Positions 29,457-39,649 of a stretch of DNA of 64,000 nt are shown here, in pieces (the first letter of the stretch is position 1; each line of letters begins with the position of its first letter). Location: positions 2,611 through 66,610 of the forward strand of contig JBALVO010000001.1 of NCBI GenBank assembly GCA_036961445.1, given 5' to 3'. The notes under the pieces are model-generated. The model was not told where the DNA came from and did not search any database. It saw only the letters and a program-made list of their open reading frames with translations. The position numbers and the translations under genes are program-made. Source of the stretch: Halioglobus sp. (GTDB lineage Bacteria > Pseudomonadota > Gammaproteobacteria > Pseudomonadales > Halieaceae).

Positions 29457-29639
29457 GGTTCTGGTCCTTGCTATGGTTTTTGTTCTGATTGATCGATTTG
29501 CTGATAGCGAAGGATTATAGCCCCGCATTGGACAAAAATTAACCAGAAAACGCGGTCATATATGGCCACAGTTATCGATGTAGCTGCAACGCCCAATACC
29601 AGACTTGGCATTCTGTGGATGAGCTGCTAATAATTGCGT

Positions 29640-29987
29640 ATGAGCACTGATACTTTGAACATCGATAATCGCACGCCATCCCCCCCCTATGGTTACTCCA
29701 GGGAGTGCACCCACTCGCGTGACCAGCAAATACATATTGTGGCTGAATTTCATGCCCATAAAATCAGGCCCAGCCGTATCGCCTATCGCGTAGGCATTGA
29801 TATTGCTTTTGTTGAGGAGCTGATTGCGGGGGAAGTTGAGGCAGAGTACTTTCCGCGCCTGGTTTCCCACTATCGTAAGCAGCGCTATCAACAACGTTTG
29901 CGAGACTCCAGCGTGCGCCGCGGTATTGCCAAGTATGAGTTACAGCAGAAGATTGAGCGCGAATTCAAACTGGAAGTAGACCTGTAG
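29640..29987 (+). CDS. hypothetical protein
   Basis: 115-aa ORF with reasonable codon composition and a basic C-terminal half. I recognise no family. Confidence 0.4.
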   Translation: MSTDTLNIDNRTPSPPYGYSRECTHSRDQQIHIVAEFHAHKIRPSRIAYRVGIDIAFVEELIAGEVEAEYFPRLVSHYRKQRYQQRLRDSSVRRGIAKYELQQKIEREFKLEVDL

Positions 29988-30156
29988 ATAGTCCTCGAAG
30001 CGATAATCGCATCTATGTGCGCCGGGTTCGCGGTGCTGCACTTGGAAAGCTTTTGCCGCTGGCATACCATGCTTTGTTTAGTGAGAACTGCATGCGCCAC
30101 ACCGTCGTGACAGACAACAGTGCTGGCCGGATCAATCAACCATCAGGAACTACAAA

Positions 30157-30540
30157 ATGAACACACTGGAACTTTGGCACGAGATTATGCGCGAACGTAA
30201 CCCTGAGCGCCTGGACGAGCTACTGGCGGAAGATTGTGTCTTTCTTTCCCCCGTGGTGCATTCGCCTCAGGAAGGGCGGGAGTTGACCAAATTTTATCTA
30301 ACCGGTGCCATGCATGTATTCAATGACAGCTTTCACTATATCAAAGAGGTCGTTACCCCGGAGCACGCGGTGCTGGAATTCGTGTGTGACATGGATGGTA
30401 TTACGGTGAATGGTGTGGATATCATGACCTTTGATCAGGATGGAAAAATCAGCGAGTTCAAGGTTATGGTGCGACCACTCAAAGCAGTTAACCTGTTGCA
30501 TGCAAGAATGAAAACCATGCTGGAACAGTTGTCTGCCTGA
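30157..30540 (+). CDS. nuclear transport factor 2 (SnoaL-like) family protein
   Basis: 127 aa. Typical N-terminus (LELWHEIMRERNPERLDELLAEDCVFLSP). Confidence 0.65.
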   Translation: MNTLELWHEIMRERNPERLDELLAEDCVFLSPVVHSPQEGRELTKFYLTGAMHVFNDSFHYIKEVVTPEHAVLEFVCDMDGITVNGVDIMTFDQDGKISEFKVMVRPLKAVNLLHARMKTMLEQLSA

Positions 30541-30595
30541 GCACTTCGCCTGTGTTGCGCTATAGTGTTAAAGCAAAGGTCAATGAGGGTCAGAT

Positions 30596-31396
30596 ATGAT
30601 GGGACGTCGGTATGCGGCTGGTTTTTTTGTGGCCGTGGTTGCTTTATCCGGGCTTGCCGGCTGCGGTGCCGGCGGGGATGATGCCGGAGGCATCAAAGAG
30701 CAGTCTATGGCGCGCATAGAGGGTGCGGTTACTTATCGGGAACGTATGATGTTGCCGCCGGGTGCCAAAGTGGAAGTGCAACTACAGGACATATCCAGGG
30801 CCGATGCTTTGGCCACCGTGTTGGAAACATTACTATTTACCCCGGAGGGTGGTCCTCCGTATCCATTTTCTATCGACTACGATTCCAGGCGTATTGATGA
30901 GCGAATGCGCTATGCCTTGCGCGCCACCATTTCCGTTGGCGAAACGATGATGTTTACTTCCACGGAGTATATCGACCCTTTCAGTGGTAACCCTGTAGAG
31001 ATACTGGTGCAGAGAGTGGCCGAGCCGGTGCGACACCAGGGCCCTGGGCTGGAGGGCCAGCCCTGGCTGCTGCAGAACCTTAACGGTGAACCTGCCAACC
31101 TGGGAGCAAGTGACCGGCCGGTGGATATCCAGTTTCTTGCCGATGATATGCGCGTGGCTGGATTTTCGGGGTGCAACCGTTACAGCGGCGCTTACTCGCG
31201 AGACGGGACCTCTGCACATGGCAGCCCAATAATGTTCGGTCCCATGGCGGGCACCATGATGGCCTGCGCCGAAGGCGCAGAGTTGGAGCAGACCTATTTG
31301 CAATTGTTGGCCAAAGTGACCGCATTTCGTATACAGGGCGAGACGCTGCTGCTACTGAGTGGTGATACAGTGCTTGCAAGCTACCGGCTGCAATAA
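30596..31396 (+). CDS. lipoprotein with YbaY-like N-domain and META (HslJ-like) C-domain
   Basis: Lipobox LSGLAGC. YbaY-like segment (GAVTYRERMMLPPGAKVEVQLQDISRADA). META segment (GFSGCNRYSGAY, LLA...F). Confidence 0.7.
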   Translation: MMGRRYAAGFFVAVVALSGLAGCGAGGDDAGGIKEQSMARIEGAVTYRERMMLPPGAKVEVQLQDISRADALATVLETLLFTPEGGPPYPFSIDYDSRRIDERMRYALRATISVGETMMFTSTEYIDPFSGNPVEILVQRVAEPVRHQGPGLEGQPWLLQNLNGEPANLGASDRPVDIQFLADDMRVAGFSGCNRYSGAYSRDGTSAHGSPIMFGPMAGTMMACAEGAELEQTYLQLLAKVTAFRIQGETLLLLSGDTVLASYRLQ

Positions 31397-31399
31397 GCC

Positions 31400-32590
31400 A
31401 TGGAACTAGAGCCTCGCGCTACGTTAATCATCGCCATTCTGGTGTTGTTTCTGGGCCGCTTGCTCAACAAAAAAATTCGTTTTTTTCGCGAATACAACAT
31501 TCCCGAGCCGGTAACCGGGGGCCTGCTGGCATCGATATTGACAGGCCTGCTGTACTTGCTGGCTGATGTGGAACTCAGTTTTGATATGGCCAACCGGGAT
31601 ATGCTACTGATTGTGTTTTTCACCACTATCGGGTTGTCCTCACGTCTGGATGTGTTGCGACAGGGTGGGCGTTCTCTGGTTGTGCTACTGGTGCTGGCTA
31701 TTGGCTATTTGTTCATCCAGAACCTGGTGGGAATAGGTGTGGCTGCCCTGAGTGGGAGTCCCCCGGCTTTGGGTTTATTGGCCGGCTCTGTCAGTTTGAG
31801 TGGCGGCCACGGCACTGCCATTGCGTGGGCGCCGACCTTTGCAGGGGAGCATGGTCTGCCCTTTGCGATGGAAATAGGCTTGGCCTGTGCTACGTTCGGC
31901 CTGATATTTGGTGGTCTGGTGGGTGGTCCGATTGCGCGCTACCTGGTGTGGAAGCACAAACTGGTTGCCGACAAAGGCGATCTCACGATTGGATTTCGCT
32001 ATAAGGAACATGAAATCATCGGCGTAGACGGCATTCTCAATGTCTTCCTGGTTATTGCCATTGCCATTGGCCTGGGTACGCAAATGAATGATCTGTTTGG
32101 CAACTGGGGTCTGATGCTACCGGACTTCGTTGCCTGTTTGTTTGCCGGTATTATCCTGACCAATACGGTTCCCCGACTGTTTCCTAACTATGCGTGGCCC
32201 ACAGGGTCACATTCACTGGCGCTGGTGTCCGATGTTAGCCTGGGTTTGTTTCTATCCATGTCGTTAATGAGCTTGCAGCTGTGGATGTTGTCGGACCTGG
32301 CCGGCCCTATGCTGATGTTGTTGCTGGTGCAGATCGTGCTGATTTGCCTCTATACCGTCTTTGTTGTGTTTAGGGTGCTCGGGGCCAACTATGAGGCTGC
32401 GGTTATTTGTTCTGGCTATTCCGGCCTGGCGCTGGGGGCAACACCGACCGCCATCGCCAATATGACGGCGGTGACCAAGACCCTGGGGGCCGCGCCCCGG
32501 GCTTTCGTGGTGATACCCCTGGTAGGTGCTTTTTTTATAGACCTGTCCAATGCTGTTGTCATCAACTTGTTACTGCACTGGTTTGGTTGA
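31400..32590 (+). CDS. gltS: sodium/glutamate symporter
   Basis: 396 aa polytopic protein. GltS-like motifs (IPEPVTGGLL, SLSGGHGTAIAW, GLALGATPTAIANM). Confidence 0.88.
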   Translation: MELEPRATLIIAILVLFLGRLLNKKIRFFREYNIPEPVTGGLLASILTGLLYLLADVELSFDMANRDMLLIVFFTTIGLSSRLDVLRQGGRSLVVLLVLAIGYLFIQNLVGIGVAALSGSPPALGLLAGSVSLSGGHGTAIAWAPTFAGEHGLPFAMEIGLACATFGLIFGGLVGGPIARYLVWKHKLVADKGDLTIGFRYKEHEIIGVDGILNVFLVIAIAIGLGTQMNDLFGNWGLMLPDFVACLFAGIILTNTVPRLFPNYAWPTGSHSLALVSDVSLGLFLSMSLMSLQLWMLSDLAGPMLMLLLVQIVLICLYTVFVVFRVLGANYEAAVICSGYSGLALGATPTAIANMTAVTKTLGAAPRAFVVIPLVGAFFIDLSNAVVINLLLHWFG

Positions 32591-32721
32591 GTCGCAGCGC
32601 AGTCAGGGTGGTATTGAGTCACAGTTTCTGGCCCCTTTCTGAGCGGACAGGGGATTGATTTCCCTGTATAATCGCCGACCGCCTGTAAACAGGGCTCTCT
32701 CATTCCGTCCAAGGTAACAAC

Positions 32722-34584
32722 ATGTCCACTCCAGATACGGTAACCAGTTTTGCTGAACTGGACTTGCCTGAAACTCTACAAAAAGCGCTGATCGACGTCG
32801 GTTACGAAACCCCATCGGCGATTCAGGCACGCATGATTCCGGTGATGCTCGAAGGCGTGGATGTCGTGGGCCAGGCCCAGACCGGTACGGGTAAAACGGC
32901 TGCATTCGCCCTGCCTCTATTGGCGCGGCTGAACCTGAAGCAGAAACTGCCACAAGTCCTGGTGCTGGCGCCAACCCGTGAATTGGCGATACAGGTAGCT
33001 GAGGCGTTCCAGAAATACGCGCGCCACCTGCCGGGATTCCACGTACTTCCTATTTATGGCGGTTCCGATTACAGCGGGCAGTTTCGACAGTTGCAGCGCG
33101 GGGTTCACGTCGTTGTGGGCACCCCGGGCAGGGTTATGGATCATATGCGCCGGAAGTCCCTGGATCTGTCCAATCTGCAAACGCTGATTCTGGATGAGGC
33201 TGACGAGATGTTGCGCATGGGTTTTATAGACGACGTGCAATGGATTCTTGATCAGACCCCCAAAGATCGCCAAATCGCTTTGTTTTCCGCCACTATGCCC
33301 GACGCGATTCGGCGGATTGCAAAACGGCACCTGACCGATCCGCGCGAAATATCGATTAAAGTGAAGACGGTGACCAACGAATCGATACGTCAGCGTGTAT
33401 GGATGATGGTGGGTGCTAAAAAGCTCGATGCGCTGACTCGGATACTGGAGGTAGAGGATTTTGATGGCGTAATTATTTTCGTACGCACGCGCATCCTGAC
33501 CACAGAGTTGGCAGAGAAGTTGGCGGCGCGCGGCTACTCGGTAGCCCCATTGAACGGGGATATTCCCCAACAACAGCGCGAAAAAACCGTCGAGAATTTG
33601 AAGAACGGCAAGCTGGATATCGTGGTAGCTACGGATGTGGCTGCACGTGGCCTGGATGTAACGCGCATTAGTCATGTAATTAACTATGACATTCCTTCTG
33701 ATGTCGAATCTTATGTACACCGTATTGGTCGCACCGGCCGTGCGGGACGCAAGGGCGATGCCATTTTGTTTGCCGCCAATCGCGAACGTCGCTTGCTTAG
33801 CGCCATAGAAAAAGCCACTGGTAATACCATTGAAAAGATGGAGCTGCCAACGGCTGCGGAAGTGACAAACAAGCGAGTGGGTAAGTTTAAACAGCGCATC
33901 ACCGAGACTCTGGACTCTGCGGATCTAGGGATATTCAGGAAGCTGGTGGATGAGTATCAGCTTGAGTACGGCGTGCCAGTGGTAGAAATCGCAGCAGCGC
34001 TGGCGCTGCTGGCACAGGGCAAGAAACCGTTACTGGACAAGACGCCACATGCAGCAAAAACCCGGGGAACGGACGGTTCGACAAAGCGTCAGTCGATCGA
34101 GCGCAGACCTGAACGCGCTTCGCAGCATAGGACTGCAGAACACAAGAGTGCAGAGCGCAAAACAGCGCGAGAAAAAGGGCACACTAGCGAAGGGGAAAAA
34201 CAACAAAAACCAGCGCGCAAGTCAGTCCGGGAGAACAGTGATCCGGATGTGGGGCTGGAACGCTTTCGCGTTGAAGTAGGATTGGAACATGGCGTAAAGC
34301 CGGGAAATATCGTTGGTGCGATTGCCAATGAAGCCGAAATCGATAGTGAGTACATAGGGCGTATTGAGATCTTTGATACTTACAGCACCGTAGATCTTCC
34401 CGAAGGTATGCCCAAAGAAATATTCAAGCAACTTAAATCCATATGGGTCAGCGGCCAGCGCTTGCAGATATCCAAGCTTGATGCCGCCAGTCATTCCGCA
34501 GCTGGCAAGGGCCGTAAGGTTCAAGGCGGGGGTGGTAAACGGCCAGCGGCCAAGCTCGGCGTTAGTCGCCGCACGCCCAAGTGA
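32722..34584 (+). CDS. deaD: DEAD-box ATP-dependent RNA helicase DeaD/CsdA
   Basis: 620 aa. Q-motif, AQTGTGKT, DEAD, SAT, HRIGRTGRAG. Basic C-terminal extension with a DbpA-like RNA-binding domain. Confidence 0.93.
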   Translation: MSTPDTVTSFAELDLPETLQKALIDVGYETPSAIQARMIPVMLEGVDVVGQAQTGTGKTAAFALPLLARLNLKQKLPQVLVLAPTRELAIQVAEAFQKYARHLPGFHVLPIYGGSDYSGQFRQLQRGVHVVVGTPGRVMDHMRRKSLDLSNLQTLILDEADEMLRMGFIDDVQWILDQTPKDRQIALFSATMPDAIRRIAKRHLTDPREISIKVKTVTNESIRQRVWMMVGAKKLDALTRILEVEDFDGVIIFVRTRILTTELAEKLAARGYSVAPLNGDIPQQQREKTVENLKNGKLDIVVATDVAARGLDVTRISHVINYDIPSDVESYVHRIGRTGRAGRKGDAILFAANRERRLLSAIEKATGNTIEKMELPTAAEVTNKRVGKFKQRITETLDSADLGIFRKLVDEYQLEYGVPVVEIAAALALLAQGKKPLLDKTPHAAKTRGTDGSTKRQSIERRPERASQHRTAEHKSAERKTAREKGHTSEGEKQQKPARKSVRENSDPDVGLERFRVEVGLEHGVKPGNIVGAIANEAEIDSEYIGRIEIFDTYSTVDLPEGMPKEIFKQLKSIWVSGQRLQISKLDAASHSAAGKGRKVQGGGGKRPAAKLGVSRRTPK

Positions 34585-34639
34585 TTTTTTGCAGCGGGAC
34601 TGCTACAGTTCCGGCGTATTGATCGGCGAGTATTGGTTC

Positions 34640-35203
34640 ATGACCAAACGCATTATTGTTGGTATTAGCGGGGCATCGGGTATTGTCTACGGGGTGCGCG
34701 CCCTGCAGTTGCTGCGCGATTGTGGTGTGGAGACTCATTTGGTGATGAGTAAGTCCGCGGAACTCACTCTGCACTATGAAATGGACATGTCGCTGGCGCA
34801 GATACAGGCCCTTGCCAGTGAAGTGCACGCCATCAAAAATGTTGGCGCGGCCATCGCCAGTGGATCGTTCCCCACAGCCGGGATGTTGGTAGTTCCGTGC
34901 TCCATTCGCACCATGTCGGAAATTTCCACGGGTGTTACCTCCACATTACTTACTCGCGCTGCCGACGTGGTCCTTAAGGAGCGTCGCAGGCTGGTATTGA
35001 TGGTGCGAGAGACACCACTGCACACCGGACACTTGCGCACAATGACGCAATTGTCGGAGATGGGCGCAATTATCGCTCCCCCGGTTCCGGCTTTTTACAC
35101 TAAACCACAAAGCCTGGATGACCTTGTCACCCAGAGCGTGGGGCGTGTCCTGGAGCTGTTTGGCCTGGAACTGGAGCAGGTGCACCGCTGGCAAGGTGAC
35201 TAG
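34640..35203 (+). CDS. ubiX: flavin prenyltransferase UbiX
   Basis: Start at the ATG at 34640 (MTKRIIVGISGASG). Flavoprotein-family body (LVVPCSIRTMSEI, RETPLH). Confidence 0.9.
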   Translation: MTKRIIVGISGASGIVYGVRALQLLRDCGVETHLVMSKSAELTLHYEMDMSLAQIQALASEVHAIKNVGAAIASGSFPTAGMLVVPCSIRTMSEISTGVTSTLLTRAADVVLKERRRLVLMVRETPLHTGHLRTMTQLSEMGAIIAPPVPAFYTKPQSLDDLVTQSVGRVLELFGLELEQVHRWQGD

Positions 35204-35209
35204 GGTGAT

Positions 35210-36424
35210 TTGTCCCGGATATGCCACGGCGCAACCCGGGACAGGCCGCTAGTGCCTATTTTATTTGGCGTTATTCTGCTGGATCTCATCGGCTTTGGTA
35301 TCGTGATACCTATTCTGCCTTTCCTGTCGCCGAAGTTGGGCGCAGACAAAATAGACATTGCCCTTATTATTGTTACCTATGCGGCCTGTGCCGGTCTGTG
35401 CGGGCCCTTCTGGGGGCGCTTGTCTGACCGCATTGGTCGCAAGCCGGTTATTATGATTTGCCTGGCAGGTGCGGCTGTGTCGTATGTAATGCTGGGACTG
35501 GCATCGCAGCTGTGGATGGTGTTCGCTGCGCGTGGTTTTGCCGGATTGATGGCCGGAAATATTGGTGTGGCTTCTGCCATGATGGCAGATATCACCACAC
35601 CGCAAAATCGTGCCCGTGGCATGGGCTTGATTGGTGCGGCATTTGGCCTGGGTATCGTGCTCGGGCCTATGCTTGGAGGTTTGCTGTCCGGTGATAGTGC
35701 CAGCTTCACGTTGCCGTGTATTGTTGCCGGGGTGATGTCTGTGTTGGCTATTTTTGCGGCAGCGATTTTCCTGCCAGAGTCTCTGCCCCAAGACAAGCGC
35801 ATCGCCCACGGTGTGCAACGCCGCAGTGGCGAGCAGTTTTCTTTTTATGGCCTGTTGCGCCGCACGGGTAATCGTCTGCTGGTACTGCAATATATTTTAC
35901 ACAATACCAGTGTCAGTTCCCTGACCTATGTCTTCCCGCTCTGGATGGGGGATGTGCTGGGTTGGAGTGCCAGGGAAGTCGGTATTGTGTTTGGCATACA
36001 GGGTGCTCTGATGGTTATTTTTCAGGGCGGCTTACTGGGACCGCTGGTGCGTATCCTGGGTGAATGGCGATTGTTGTGTATTGCAATTGTGGCGTTTATG
36101 TCCGGCCTGCTCAGCGCAGCATTTGCGACAACGATGCCCGTTATGATCGGCTCGATGTTCGTCGCTATGACCGGAGCCACACTTTGTATACCGTTGCTCA
36201 ATACTATTGTTACCGATAGAACGCCGCTGGAGTTTCGTGGCCGGATGCTGGGTATTACCAGTGCGGCATCCTCCTGGGGCCGGGTGGTAGGCCCCCTGAT
36301 GACAGGCGCAAATCTGGCGCTATTTGGCTATCGGGCGGCCTGGTTGGGCTGCGCCTGTGTTGTTTTGTTGTACATGTTGTGGGCGTTTCGCGAGTACGCA
36401 ATACAAGGCACGCAGGCTCCCTAG
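35210..36424 (+). CDS. MFS transporter (TCR/Tet-like drug:H+ antiporter family)
   Basis: About 12 TM segments. MFS motif A GRLSDRIGRKP. Start ambiguous (TTG at 35210 or GTG at 35252). Confidence 0.8.
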   Translation: MSRICHGATRDRPLVPILFGVILLDLIGFGIVIPILPFLSPKLGADKIDIALIIVTYAACAGLCGPFWGRLSDRIGRKPVIMICLAGAAVSYVMLGLASQLWMVFAARGFAGLMAGNIGVASAMMADITTPQNRARGMGLIGAAFGLGIVLGPMLGGLLSGDSASFTLPCIVAGVMSVLAIFAAAIFLPESLPQDKRIAHGVQRRSGEQFSFYGLLRRTGNRLLVLQYILHNTSVSSLTYVFPLWMGDVLGWSAREVGIVFGIQGALMVIFQGGLLGPLVRILGEWRLLCIAIVAFMSGLLSAAFATTMPVMIGSMFVAMTGATLCIPLLNTIVTDRTPLEFRGRMLGITSAASSWGRVVGPLMTGANLALFGYRAAWLGCACVVLLYMLWAFREYAIQGTQAP

Positions 36425-37113
36425 CCTTGCCGCAGGTAGGTAAATCCGCCCTCCTTGATATATACCTCGCAGTATTCATCACTGGTGGCGGTGATGTGGC
36501 CGCCAGCCGGGATACGCAGCCAGCTATGAGTGGGATAGTTGCCCATCTCGTCGGCAAAACTGCCCTGTAACACAAATAGCTCCGCGCCCTGCGGGAAATT
36601 GATTCGCCCCATGGCCGCAGGTGAAGACCAGCTTTCCAGCCGCATATGGTCAGTATAGGGCTCCTGGGCATACAGCTTTTTCCAGGATATATTTTTGCGC
36701 ACAGTGGGTTTCCAGTCTTCGTTATTGCTTTGTATGGCTATGTGCGTGCGGTCCAGGCCCGGAAATTGCCGCAGTTTGACGAACAATTCGCACCCTTCTT
36801 TTGAATAAGGGCTGTGCCGGAAACCCTCGGGATTCAGCAAATAGGTGCCGGCGGGCCAGTCTCCATGCTCGTCTGAAAATATTCCCTGCAATACCAGGAT
36901 CTCTTCGCCCTCGGGGTGGTCGTGGGCTGGGAAGCTAGCGCCTGGCTCGTAGCGCACTACCGAGGTTACCTGGCCCGATTCCGCCGGGCCCACCCGGTGC
37001 ACGCGTTTGCGCGATACGTGACCGCCGGCACTGGGTGTCCACTCCAGACTGCGGGTGTCTACTGTTACACGCGTTGCTAGATCACCGTGTAGCGAGGGGT
37101 CATGGTTGCTCAT
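36421..37113 (-). CDS. bicupin protein (ChrR-like cupin domains)
   Basis: 230 aa. Two cupin modules (FPAHDHPEGEEILVLQG and FPQGAELFVLQGSF). Confidence 0.65.
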   Translation of the reverse strand: MSNHDPSLHGDLATRVTVDTRSLEWTPSAGGHVSRKRVHRVGPAESGQVTSVVRYEPGASFPAHDHPEGEEILVLQGIFSDEHGDWPAGTYLLNPEGFRHSPYSKEGCELFVKLRQFPGLDRTHIAIQSNNEDWKPTVRKNISWKKLYAQEPYTDHMRLESWSSPAAMGRINFPQGAELFVLQGSFADEMGNYPTHSWLRIPAGGHITATSDEYCEVYIKEGGFTYLRQG

Positions 37114-37477
37114 AGTGTCTACCGCTGTCGCGAGATGCTGGAATGGAAGTGGGTGAGCGTACCGTAGTTGGACTGATATTGCTGCACGATGTTGCCAGCC
37201 AATTACTCGACCATTCAGGCAATGGCCAATTGCGTTCTGATACTGTTAGCAGCCGCGTCATTTGAGGGTGAAAGTTGATGGTTAGGGCAGGTAAACTGAT
37301 GTGATAAGCATTGCATTGATGCATTGCGAATCTCACATAACGAGGGGCTTTAAACGGGTCTGACAGTAACCTAGATGGGCCGTGGGGAAGACAGGCACCG
37401 GTAATCGGCGATCCACGTGTTGCCAATCATGCAAAACAGCCGCTACAGTAAGGGGAACGGTTTTCTGGAGGGTCGCT

Positions 37478-37903
37478 ATGGATCTATCTCACATACATGC
37501 GCAACTGCTGGGTGATTGTCACCATCTGGGCAAATTGTCGGCCTGTGAAGTGCTATTGCACCGCAATGCCGCTGTCCCGTGGTTTATCCTCGTTCCCGAC
37601 ACTCGTATGGTCGATGTGCTGGATCTACCCGAGGAACACCGTCAGGCGGTGTTGGCTGAGTGCGTGGCGGTCTCGGCATTTATCAAGCAGGTACTGGGAT
37701 TCGAAAAGGTGAATTTTGCCGGTCTGGGTAATGTGGTGCCCCAGATGCATCTGCACATTGTTGGGCGCCATAGTGGCGACCCCTGTTGGCCGCTGCCGGT
37801 TTGGGGCAATCTTCCCGAGGGTGATATTTATACCCCCGAGCGATTGCGCGAATGGAGCGCGGGGTTGGTAAAAATGGCCAGTCTGACTCCATCGGTACCT
37901 TAG
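37478..37903 (+). CDS. HIT family hydrolase
   Basis: Histidine-triad VPQMHLHIVGR. Start at the ATG at 37478 (MDLSHIH...). Confidence 0.75.
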   Translation: MDLSHIHAQLLGDCHHLGKLSACEVLLHRNAAVPWFILVPDTRMVDVLDLPEEHRQAVLAECVAVSAFIKQVLGFEKVNFAGLGNVVPQMHLHIVGRHSGDPCWPLPVWGNLPEGDIYTPERLREWSAGLVKMASLTPSVP

Positions 37904-37934
37904 ATAGCGAAGTTTCCCGGAGCCTCTACTGATA

Positions 37935-38906
37935 ATGTCGAAACACGTTTTTGTCACGCACCAACTGCCCGGTGAACGTATTCATGAACTGGCCAGGCAA
38001 TGTGACATGCACGTATGGATGGGCTCTGGCCTGTTACCCGCTGGTGAATTGCGTCAGCAGCTGGTCGGATGCCAGGGTCTGGTATGTCTGTTAACCGATC
38101 GCGTGGATCGATCATTACTCGATGCCATGCCGGACCTGGAGTTCGTTTCCAGCATGTCGGTTGGTGTCGACCATATAGATGTGCGGGCCCTTAGCGATCG
38201 TGGCATCCCTGTGGGAAATACACCGGGTGTGCTAGTGGATACCACCGCAGATACTACATTCGCTTTGTTACTGGCAGCTGCGCGCCGCCTGGGTGAGGCG
38301 GACCGTTATATTCGGGCGGGAAACTGGGGCGCAGATAAGGCCTGGTCTCCCGACTTTTTCATCGGCAAGGATGTCAGCAATGCCACACTGGGTATTGTTG
38401 GTCTGGGAGCCATAGGTCAGGCGGTGGCGCGCCGCGCCGCGGGATTCGGTATGCGCGTGATTAGTTGGAGCAGGTCTCAACCTGAGGTGCCCGGCGTAGA
38501 AAACGTGTCCTTGCAAGAATTGTTGGCGCGCAGTGATTTTGTCAGTGTGCATGTTGCGCTCACCGCAGATACACGCAACCTGCTGGACGCGCAAAGAATC
38601 GCTATGATGAAACCCGGAGCGGTACTGGTAAACACAGCCCGTGGCGGTATTGTCGATGAGCTCGCGCTGGCTGAGGCGCTTGATAGTGGCCAGGTCTTTG
38701 CAGCCGGTATCGATGTATTTGAGCAGGAACCGGTAGCGATGAACAATCCGCTACTGCGACATCCCAGGGTCTTGTTAGCACCACATATTGGCAGCGCTAC
38801 CATTCTGACCAGGGCGGCGATGGCAGATATTGCCGCGAATAACGCTCTGGCTGCCCTGCAAGGGCAGCGAATGCAACATTGTGTGAACCCGCAGGTATAT
38901 GGCTAA
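37935..38906 (+). CDS. D-2-hydroxyacid dehydrogenase (glyoxylate/hydroxypyruvate reductase B-like)
   Basis: 323 aa. NAD fold GIVGLGAIGQAVARR. Catalytic region (NTARGGIVDE, APHIGSAT). Confidence 0.88.
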   Translation: MSKHVFVTHQLPGERIHELARQCDMHVWMGSGLLPAGELRQQLVGCQGLVCLLTDRVDRSLLDAMPDLEFVSSMSVGVDHIDVRALSDRGIPVGNTPGVLVDTTADTTFALLLAAARRLGEADRYIRAGNWGADKAWSPDFFIGKDVSNATLGIVGLGAIGQAVARRAAGFGMRVISWSRSQPEVPGVENVSLQELLARSDFVSVHVALTADTRNLLDAQRIAMMKPGAVLVNTARGGIVDELALAEALDSGQVFAAGIDVFEQEPVAMNNPLLRHPRVLLAPHIGSATILTRAAMADIAANNALAALQGQRMQHCVNPQVYG

Positions 38907-38920
38907 CCTGGGACGAGGGC

Positions 38921-39499
38921 CTACATCGCCTCAGGCAAGGGCTTTAGCGCCTGTTTGACCGCCTTACCCAGATTATCGGCAAGGCGGGCGGTGTCGATAC
39001 TGTTCGCATTTTCAACAAATTTGGTCATGATGACCTGCCAGACTTCCTCATTGCTCGCCACATCATTGAATTGCAGCGCGATATTACTGGTTTCTTTAAC
39101 ACCGCCCAGTGCAATGGCGTTATCGACACTCGCCTGGTCGACCTGCCTGTTGGGTGTAATAGAGGGCCTCGGTGTCAGGTTACTGGCCTGCTGACTTTTT
39201 TCACCCATGCGCATGCCAGTCGCGAACATGTAGTCCACACTGAATTGGGCTTTCGCCTCATCAAGGATATAACCCTTGGCCCGCAGGCCTGAATTGACTT
39301 GCCGGCGCACGATGGGATCCATAAGGTAAATCGCGTCGGAGGAGTTCGCCGTGTTTTGCATGGGCGCGCTGCGCCACTTGTAATACTGATAGTTACCGGC
39401 TGCAAACTCACTCACCTCTGCTGGACGTATCTCCATGCTGTTACAGGCGGACAAGGCCAGGGACAATAGTCCGCCAACCAGTATATTTATGAATCGCAT
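38921..39499 (-). CDS. lipoprotein (DUF4136-like)
   Basis: 192 aa. Lipobox LALSAC. Size and layout resemble DUF4136 lipoproteins. Confidence 0.55.
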   Translation of the reverse strand: MRFINILVGGLLSLALSACNSMEIRPAEVSEFAAGNYQYYKWRSAPMQNTANSSDAIYLMDPIVRRQVNSGLRAKGYILDEAKAQFSVDYMFATGMRMGEKSQQASNLTPRPSITPNRQVDQASVDNAIALGGVKETSNIALQFNDVASNEEVWQVIMTKFVENANSIDTARLADNLGKAVKQALKPLPEAM

Positions 39500-39649
39500 G
39501 ATTTTCCTCGTTGCAGATCAGGTGATAGTGACGGCCAGGCGAGGCCCGGAATAAGCACATGTCTATGGCCGCCCAACGGGCTCAATGGTAGCAGTCCGGA
39601 TCGGAGGCGGCTAGCGAGCTTCGTGCCCCAGCGGCAAACAAAGTCGGCG

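Noticed and set aside
29556-29894. 112-aa ORF antisense to the hypothetical gene at 29640..29987.
   Set aside because: It overlaps the ALDH promoter region and has weaker coding character than the plus-strand frame. Neither frame can be proven without comparative data.
32917-33720. 267-aa ORF antisense to deaD.
   Set aside because: The complete DEAD-box motif set is on the plus strand. The antisense ORF has no recognisable features.
35261-35890. 209-aa ORF antisense to the MFS transporter (also 35377..35802).
   Set aside because: This is a shadow ORF. The sense strand encodes regular TM helices and MFS motif A.
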